Shown one piece after another: positions 48,126 to 56,286 of a stretch of DNA of 56,286 nt. Under the pieces are notes generated by a model, which worked only from the letters and a program-made list of their open reading frames with translations, made no database searches and had not been told where the DNA came from. Position numbers and translations under genes: made by a program. The stretch's first letter is position 1. Each line of letters begins with the position of its first letter. This DNA is from Girardia tigrina (taxonomy: Eukaryota), in NCBI GenBank assembly GCA_001938485.1, contig MQRK01216833.1, positions 1 through 56,286 of the forward strand. The letters run 5' to 3'.

Positions 48126-48167
48126 ATTGGACATGTTTCGATGTTTATATACATCATCATCAGCAAT
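48126..48167 (-). ncRNA. Intact minimal type-I hammerhead ribozyme
   Basis: Minus strand: ATTG-CTGATGA-T-GATGT-ATATAA-ACATC-GAAA-CATG-TC-CAAT. 4-bp stem I, 5-bp stem II, full catalytic core, palindromic stem III (ACATGT) and a GUC cleavage triplet. Confidence 0.88.
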
Positions 48168-51100
48168 TTTCTATTGAATTGTTTGAATAATACAATTTTT
48201 CACAATTTTAATAAATATAATTTAGCTTAAAACAAATAAATTAAACATTTTTATTTATGAAAATATTATTGGGTAATAATGACATAGATATATTTTAATT
48301 AAAAATTTTAAGTATTGAAATAACCTTACTTTGCCCATTCTGAATGTTANNNNNNNNNNNNNNNNNNNNNNNNNNNNNNNNNNNNNNNNNNNNNNNNNNN
48401 NNNNNNNNNNNNNNNNNNNNNNNNNNNNNNNNNNNNNNNNNNNNNNNNNNNNNNNNNNNNTATATATATATAAACTTCAGTCGATATTTAATTTTATTGT
48501 ACATTTGAATTTTGATATATAAGAAATTTATAGTTTTATATTTAGTTGCGAGCATTTCTTTTATTTTTTATTAAAATTCAAAAACTAATTTGTGGTTTTA
48601 TTAAAAGTTAAAATTCAAAAACGGTTTTGTAAAAAGTCAGTTTTTGTAAAAACACTAATTAAATTTATTTATTTTTGTTAATGTTTGTATGTGACATAAA
48701 ATTGCATATGTCAATGATTTCCTCAGTGCATGACGTTAAATTTTATTAAATACATAATAGTAAACAACTAATTATAATAAAAAAATTAATTGTGGTTTAA
48801 TATAATTACTGTAATTACCATGATTCATGGAATAGTATCGTATTTCTTTTATTTTTTTGTAGAAAGATTATTTTATAACAATATAAAAGTAAAAAGAAGC
48901 ATTAAAATATTCATATATTATAGTATTTTTAATTATTGTATAGTCACATATAATGTATTAGTTTAAAACATTGTGTAGATTGATGGGATTTTTATCTTGA
49001 AAAATATTTATCAAAAAAATCTCGTCTTCTTTTTATTCCTTCTATATAGATTTGTATAAAGATTTTACTTTTTGATATATATATATATATATATATAATT
49101 GTAAAAATTATCATTGAGATTATTTTAAACCACCAGTAAACCTAGTTCATTGAAAATAAATCTAAGGGGTTCATAACATTTTGCAAGTTTTCCATTAACA
49201 TGTGTACCGGTCGAAAAACTCGATCTTTTTATTTAAAAAAATTCTCACTTGTTTACCATTGGGAAATAAATTTTTCATTGACTTATTTTTATTTTATTTT
49301 TAAAATATTATTTTCTCGTATTATTTCTTTTGTAATTATATTATTTATTAGACAACGTTTGGTTTATATTTTTTTCATGTGTTTCACAAAAAAAGAATTT
49401 CTTTTCTTTTAATTATCACATAATTAGCAGACTTAAAGTAGAAACAAATATATATTTAATATAGAAAACATAAAATGATAAGAAAAAATATCTCAATGCG
49501 GTAAGATAAATAAAATAAAAAAAATCGAAATTAAAATAACGGTAAATTATTATTATTATTGTTATTATTATTATTATTATTTCTAAATAAAAATATTTTA
49601 ATAATTACAAGTATAATAATTAATAATAAAAGTCAATTAATTTTATTTTTCTAGTAAAATTTTTATACGATTTTAATTTAATCAAATTATATATAATTCT
49701 TTTATTCAAAAGAAAATATTTATTAACATTAAATAAACTGTGTGATGTAGAATATTCGTTTTTAGTAAAAGAATTATTGAATCACAGTAAAAACAACTTT
49801 AAAAAAAATATTTTTATCAAAGTATATCAAATAAAAATGTTGAAAGATTTTCACCATTTGACATGTAATTGAAACAAAATATAGTTTCCCAGTTTTCAAA
49901 AAAAATTTTTGTTTGTTTTTACTTCTTTTTAATTAAAAAAATAAATTCTTTTCAATCTCTCTGAGTTGATTAAAAGTTGTAAAAATTATTTAAAATATTT
50001 CAAGTTATAAATATTTATTTTAATAAAACATAACCGTGTTGAAAGAATTTTAAGGAAAATGTGAAAAGATAAAGCATTCTATAGTCTAAAACATGAAAAG
50101 ACTTGGGTCTGTAAAACGAGAGTTCGTGTCACATTTCCTTTGTATATTTTATAATTTTTAAGGTGTTGTAGAAACTTTTTAATTAGGAATACTCATGAAA
50201 ATATGTTCTGTAAGAGATATGTTTTTATATAATACACATATTTTACTTTTTTTTCATTTGAGATGCTTTCGAAATAGAGATATTATAGGGTTAGTTATTA
50301 AGTAATTTGTCATGATAAAGCATACACGTAGTCATACAATTGAAAAATTAAGGACTGTTCCTATGTCCTAATAAAAGAAAAAGAAAATAAATAATAATAG
50401 AAAAAGTAAATAAATAATAGAGAATGAAATGAAAAAGGTACAATGAAAATAGAAAACCTTTCGGAAGAATTAGTAAGAAAATTTTGAAAAATTGATTAAA
50501 AAATAAGAAAACATTAATTCATTCCATTAATTCAGTGGAATCTTCTTGTATGTAACAATGAATCTTTCTGAAGTTTTAGCAAATTTTTAGTTATAAATGT
50601 TCTAATGTAGTTTTTTGAAGTACTTATTCTTCGTAAAGCTTTGGAAATTTATTGAGTTTAATAAATCCATTAAGGTTAAATTAAAAAATTTTAAATTTAC
50701 ACTGATGGATCCGTGATTTAGTATTTATTTATTTCAAATATAAATTTAAAACAATTTATTATATAATTTAATCAACCCACACTGGCTTCATGAGCTAGAA
50801 GAGAAACATATGGATGTCGCAGTCTAGTCTTTTAGTTTAGAAATGAGATAGAGTTTTTTTCAATTTACTTTCCAAACGAAATTTTCTAATGAAAAATAAA
50901 TAAGATTTTAATAGTTCTGTTTTCACAATGCGAATATTTAAATAAAATCTTTCTCCTTAAAATGTTTTTAGAATTATTTCAAAAAAAATTTTATTATTTT
51001 ATGAATTGATAAAATAATAAAATTAAATAAATAGAAATATTTTTTAAAAAGAAACAAAAATAAAAAAAATTTCGAAAAACAATGTTTATTTTTAAAAAGC

Positions 51101-51641
51101 AAATAAAATAAATATCAAATATTTCTATTAAAAAAAATCCCAAAAAATGAAATTCGAATTGAAAAAAAACGGACTTTTATCACTTATTCTTTACATATTA
51201 GCATTGATTACTTATATATTTTATTTCCAAATTTTTTATCCAATCCCAACTCGTTATTCCCTATCTTTGGCAGCTTTTATTTTTTTCATGAATGATTAAT
51301 TTTTTTTCAATAAAAATAAATAATTAATTAATAATTAATTAATTTTTTGAAATAAATAAATGGGTTTTCATTTCTTTTCGAGAAAGAAGAAAAAAATCGT
51401 TAAATTAATAATAATTATAATATAATGTACATTTTTTTATTTCAAAGAAAAAGAAAATTTTTCCTGTTATTTTAAAAAAATACAAAAAATAAATTTTTTT
51501 TCGTTTTTTTGTCTAAATTAAGCTCTGAAATTGAAAAATAATTGAAATCCAAAAAAATAGATAGAGACATACTTAATGTTCGTTGAAAATTTTTGAGATA
51601 TTGTTTTCAAAGATTTTCATATTTCTTAATTTTCAAACCAG

Positions 51642-51695
51642 TTGATGAATTATTACTGGATGAAATTATCAGAGTAAAAATTCGATATGAAAAAG
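51642..51695 (+). other. Candidate 54-nt host exon
   Basis: Acceptor TTCTTAATTTTCAAACCAG| and donor AG|GTAAGT. Length is divisible by 3 and one frame is open (xDELLLDEIIRVKIRYEK). No partner exons identified. Confidence 0.25.
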
Positions 51696-53343
51696 GTAAG
51701 TAATTTTTCTTCTTACATAAAACAATAAGCCAAAAATTAAGAATACAAATTTTTTTCTTTTTTTTATGAGATTTTTTTTGCTTTAATTAAAAATCAAACA
51801 CAAAATTTTACAATCGAGATTTCGTGGATAAAAATAGAAATTTGAATTTTTATTATTTAAGTTTTTTTTGTTGTTTTAAATTAATTTGTTTGAGACAGAT
51901 TGAGAGAGAGAGAACAGACATAGAGAGAGAGAGAAAGAAAATTGAGAGAAAAAATAGAAAAAGAAAGTTTTAAATTACGAATTTTTTTTGTTGATTTGAT
52001 TGAAATTATATTAAATTTTTATGTCAAATATTTTGTTGTAATTAATTTTATTTATCACAAAATTGATCGATTTTTTTCGATATTATTCAATGAAATAAAG
52101 GTCATTATCTAATTAACATTGTTTGAAGATATTCATCTAAATGAATAACTATGCAGAATACATTTATTTATCATTCTTAATTAGACTTTGTGCATTCGAA
52201 TAGATAATCTAACGAATAAAGAGACAAATACAAAAAGTTTCGAGCGAAAAAAAAATCAATTTTTCAAACTTAAAAAAATTAAGTAATTAAAATTACGAAA
52301 ACAAAATAATCATCTAATAATTAATTTTAAAAAATAATTAATTTTTTTCAATTTGGAATTGATTTTCCTTTCTTATAATATTTTGATGATTATTATTTGT
52401 GGAATATTTTTGTTTGAGAAATTATTTCCAAAAAAATTATTTGAGTTATTTCTATATTTAATAAACTAGTACTTTGCTTCGACACCAGTCATATTTGTTG
52501 TTTTCTTTTCTCTTCTCTAACATAGAGTTAATTCTTCGTAATTATAAAAAAAATTTGGCTGGCTATAAATTTTTGTAAGAACTACACATTTTCTCCTAAC
52601 ATTCGTCTAGCTTGTTTGCCTATCTATTAGCACTAGTTTGGTTTTGTTAGTCATTCACTAACGAACGATATTCATCCTCTTATTCCTACACACAAACACT
52701 TTAACTTTTTATTGCTTTATTTTTGTTTCTTGTTTTTCAGTATAATTCATATCTAGAAAAATTCAAATCGATACAGATGAACATACACTCGACTAACAGA
52801 ATGCGTCAATAAAAATGCCTTTAAAAATTTCAATCCTCTCATTTTCTATCAAACAACTAGATTCCCTGTGAGGTTTTTATTTGGCAAGTCGCTTTTGCAA
52901 AGAAATAAAAATTAAGACTGCTATGACTAAGAAACAACAGCACACCAACAAGGACGATAAATGGAACTGTATAAGAGGAGAATTAGAAAAAATCTTCGTG
53001 TATTGCTAATAGTGAAAATAATCATTGAAAAATACATATTTGTTGGAAATTTATATACACACGCACAAACTATTTCCATAAGCGTGTTGAGCAAAATTAT
53101 AAGAACGAAAACAAAAATAAAGTGGTATAAATCACAAAAAAAATTTTGTCACAAAAACTTGAATTCGTTTCTTTTTCTTTATCCAAAAAAAAAATTTTTT
53201 TTGTCAATCTAATTTTAAAGTTAACTTAGACTAATCTAATTTTTATCACAAAAAAATTATTATTTATTTAATTCTTAATTAAAATTAATTTGGCGAATTT
53301 TTTTTCTAAATCTTTTTCGACAAAAAAAATTAATTAATTAATT

Positions 53344-54170
53344 TGTAATCGATAAATTTTTTTCATAATTTATTTTTCTCATAATTTACAAACACGTTTT
53401 ATTTACGATTGAGAAAAAAAATTTTTTTCTTTAAAATTTTCCATCTACAAAATTTTTATTCCAAATTGTTTCACTCGGGAAATTATTTATTTATATTTTT
53501 TCTAAAATAAATCACTATCCAATTTTAATTCCACGACGTCTATTTGACGAGAAAATAAGAGAATTGACACGATGAAAAATAACCATTGAAAATCAACTAC
53601 TCACAGCAATAAGTAATTTAATGAAAAACAGAAAATCAACTTTTATTTTTAATTTCACAAATTTATTAAATATAATTTATTATTTTGTTTTAATTGAAGA
53701 AACAACAAAATTAATATATTTATATCTAAAGATATATTATGCTCTTCCAGAAAAAGAAAATTTTCTTTTTCTTAATTTTTTCTTTCAAAAATTGGTTAAA
53801 ACAATTTCTAATCATTGAATTTTCTGTTCGGATTACCGCCGAACAATATTTCTCTCAGTTCCGGGATCATTTGGTTGCTCATCAGCTCGAGACGACTGTC
53901 GAGCGTGTTGACGACGTGGATCTTCATGTCGACTGTCATCGCCTCAATTCCTCCCAATCTACAATCAATCAATCAACTCAATCTCCATCATAATAATAAC
54001 ATCGATTGTTATCAATTTCTTTCAGTAAACTTTCACGGTCCATTAACTCGATCCACTCATCTTATCACCTTACCGATCGAGTTTATTAACCAACAAAACT
54101 CGATCAGTTCGACCAATAAAAGAGTATAATTATAAAAGTACATTTGTATTTTGTGTATTGTTTATTTATT
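53344..54170 (+). mobile_element. LTR-like non-coding repeat relic
   Basis: Starts TGTAA, has a GC-richer core and AATAAA at 54115. Possible TTACA end at 54177 or at 54956 beyond the HINE. No clean TSD. Confidence 0.3.
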
Positions 54171-54950
54171 TTTTACAAGCTTTTATTACGTTTCATTTGT
54201 TTGTTTGTTTGTTTGTCTGTATGGATCAAATCTTGCGATCGAAATTTCACCCACTTCCCGTTGTGCTGGTGACTTGAAATTTTNNNNNNNNNNNNNNNNN
54301 NNNNNNNNNNNNNNNNNNNNNNNNNNNNNNNNNNNNNNNNNNNNNNNNNNNNNNNNNNNNNNNNNNNNNNNNNNNNNNNNNNNNNNNNNNNNNNNNNNNN
54401 NNNNNNNNNNNNNNNNNNNNNNNNNNNNNNNNNNNNNNNNNNNNNNNNNNNNNNNNNNNNNNNNNNNNNNNNNNNNNNNNNNNNTTCTGCACGCAATTTA
54501 AGACGCGAGATTTTGTTGGTCTGTGTTGAAAATTTAGAATATACCGACAAAATGAGCTCAATGAAGAGTTTAGATTGTCAGTAATGCTAACGGCTTTCAA
54601 TACCACCAAAATAGATACAGAGTGAAACATTTAATAATCAATATAAAAATTGAGTGACGAACTGTCAAAACCAAATAATTATCTAAAAGCGCAAAGAGTG
54701 AAATCAATCATTTGAGAATCAAACGAACTTCATGTAAGTAAATTTAATGGTAAAATTAAACGAATCATAATTAACATCTTTGGATTTTGTGTGCAAAATT
54801 ATTCAGTTCAATAAATTTATATATTTCATATCCATACAAATCACTGCAATCAGGTCTTTTAATATGGGAAGTGGGTGAAATACATACAGATCCGCAAACA
54901 TTTAACAAATTATAAAAGCTTGTGCACCAAAAATTTTTTTGGCGTGATAA
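54171..54950 (+). mobile_element. Helentron-associated (HINE/DINE-1-like) non-autonomous element
   Basis: T-run start, 12-bp subterminal IR ACAAGCTTTTAT (54175-86) / ATAAAAGCTTGT (54912-23), (TTTG)n microsatellite, a second IR TTTCACCCACTTCCC / GGGAAGTGGGTGAAA, and a 3' stem-loop CCAAAAA..TTTTTGG. Confidence 0.65.
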
Positions 54951-55050
54951 TTTACATTGTATTCGGGAAAAGAAAGTCAGAATTAAGAACAATCAAAAAG
55001 AAAAGCCGAAAGAAAAAACAAAGACATTTTCCCTCCCCCTCACAATAAAA

Positions 55051-55975
55051 TTGGGTTGGCCTAAAAGTCATTGCGTTTTTTACTAAAATATTTATTATCA
55101 ACAAATGACATGGATGCACAAATATTTTTACACGATATACTGTCCATTATTTTCAGTCACTTTCTTCCACCTTTCCGGTAGCTTCATTATTCATGATTCA
55201 TAAAAACCTTTGCCTTTGTCAGTAAAAAAGCCGTCTAGGAACGATTTGATGTCATCATCACTGGCGAATGTTTTTTTTCTGTTTAAGCAAATCTGCAGTG
55301 ATCTAAATAAGTGAAAATCCGATGGGGCCAAGTCTGGAGAATACGGTGGGTGCGGCAAAACCTCCCAACCCAGTGATAAGAGTTTCTGGCGAGTGGTCAA
55401 ACTTGTATGCGTTATTACAACTCCTTTTCGATTTGCCAATTCAGGACGTTCCTGTTGAATTGAATGAGCCAATTTCTCCAGCCGACCACAATATCTGTCT
55501 GAATTGATGGTTTCATTCCTCGGAAAGAGTTCAAAAAACACAATTCCTTTAAAATCCCACCAGATGGAAAGCATAACCTTCTTTTGGTGAATTTCTGCTT
55601 TTGGAATAGATTTGGCAGGCTCACCACGTTTTGTCCATGATCGTCGGCGTTCCGCATTAGATTTGATCAGTGCTGTTATTTTGTCGCCATCAAATTCAAC
55701 TGGTCGACCGGAGCGTGGCGCATAATTTTTCAGAACGAAATTTAGAAAACCAGTATTGACATTATCGAAGTTTTAAGGAGTCACTAGCATATACAAAACA
55801 TATCTTCTTATGAGCATGCACAGCGGTTTTCCCTTTGCGAAAATAATGCAACAAAACATGACGAATATGCTCATTTTGATTTTCCATTTTGAATTGACGG
55901 TAAAGTAATAAACTAAAACAAAATCAATTAATATTTTGTATAAACAGAGTCTGAAAATTAAGGTTTCAGAATATA
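55051..55975 (-). mobile_element. Mariner (mellifera-like), internally deleted, 5' end interrupted
   Basis: TIR TTGGGTTGGCCTAAAAGTCATTGCG at 55051. ATG at 55887 (MENQNEHIRHVLLHYFRKGK..PRSGRP), then KVMLSIWWDFKG and YSPDLAPSDFHLF. The first-D region and the HDNARP motif are deleted. Confidence 0.93.
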
Positions 55976-56286
55976 CAGTGCGTTCAGAAAGTCACTGTGC
56001 ATCTTTCACTGTCTGGTTTATTTTTAGATAATCAGCGTTGTAGCAGACTTTTTAAATGCAAATTTCTATGAAATCGAACTATGAAATAGATTCGTGAGCA
56101 AAAAACATACCTACACACTTTGACCTTGACACTGAGCGTTTTAAATTTTTTAAAAAATGTCATTTTGATATTAGGTGTACAAGTATGAAATGCGGATTTC
56201 AGAAAACGGATTGTGCACAATGCAAAAAGTAAGTCAATGGTTAGGCAATGATGTCATAATATTGAGTAATTATGTAGTGTCTCATA
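55976..56286. mobile_element. One end of a Tc1/mariner-type element inserted in the mariner 5' region; runs off the window
   Basis: TA followed by CAGTGCGTTCAGAAAGTCACTGTGCA, a CAG-start TIR-like sequence, exactly where mariner similarity stops. The partner TIR is not in the window. Confidence 0.6.

Noticed and set aside
52480-52900. Possible microRNA hairpins
   Set aside because: I recognised no conserved mature miRNA sequence or extended hairpin.

Overview
This is very AT-rich eukaryotic (invertebrate-like) draft-assembly DNA with six N gaps. I cannot support any complete host gene, rRNA, tRNA or CRISPR array. The window is a densely nested set of mostly dead transposons: at least six mariner copies or fragments, two Tc1/mariner (ITm) relics with a WxxDExxFH motif, one DD37E element with an uninterrupted 350-aa ORF (24426-25478), a full-length decayed piggyBac, a 69-bp mini-piggyBac, four hAT-type elements (one with an intron in its transposase), a MULE/foldback-like element with a SWIM-finger relic, a non-autonomous Helitron carrying a Harbinger-type MITE, a Helentron/HINE-like element, putative LTRs, and the 3' end of a Penelope-like retroelement (GIY-YIG endonuclease) split by a mariner. 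The clearest signal that the ORF track misses is RNA-level: four minimal hammerhead-ribozyme motifs of the Penelope pLTR type. One is intact (48126-48167, minus strand), one is attached to the GIY-YIG relic and has an unexpected 12-bp antisense partner, and two are decayed. Two long TE-poor AT-rich tracts and a 54-nt candidate exon hint that the window lies in or near a host gene. Everything was read by eye, and family assignments come from motif recognition, not database searches.
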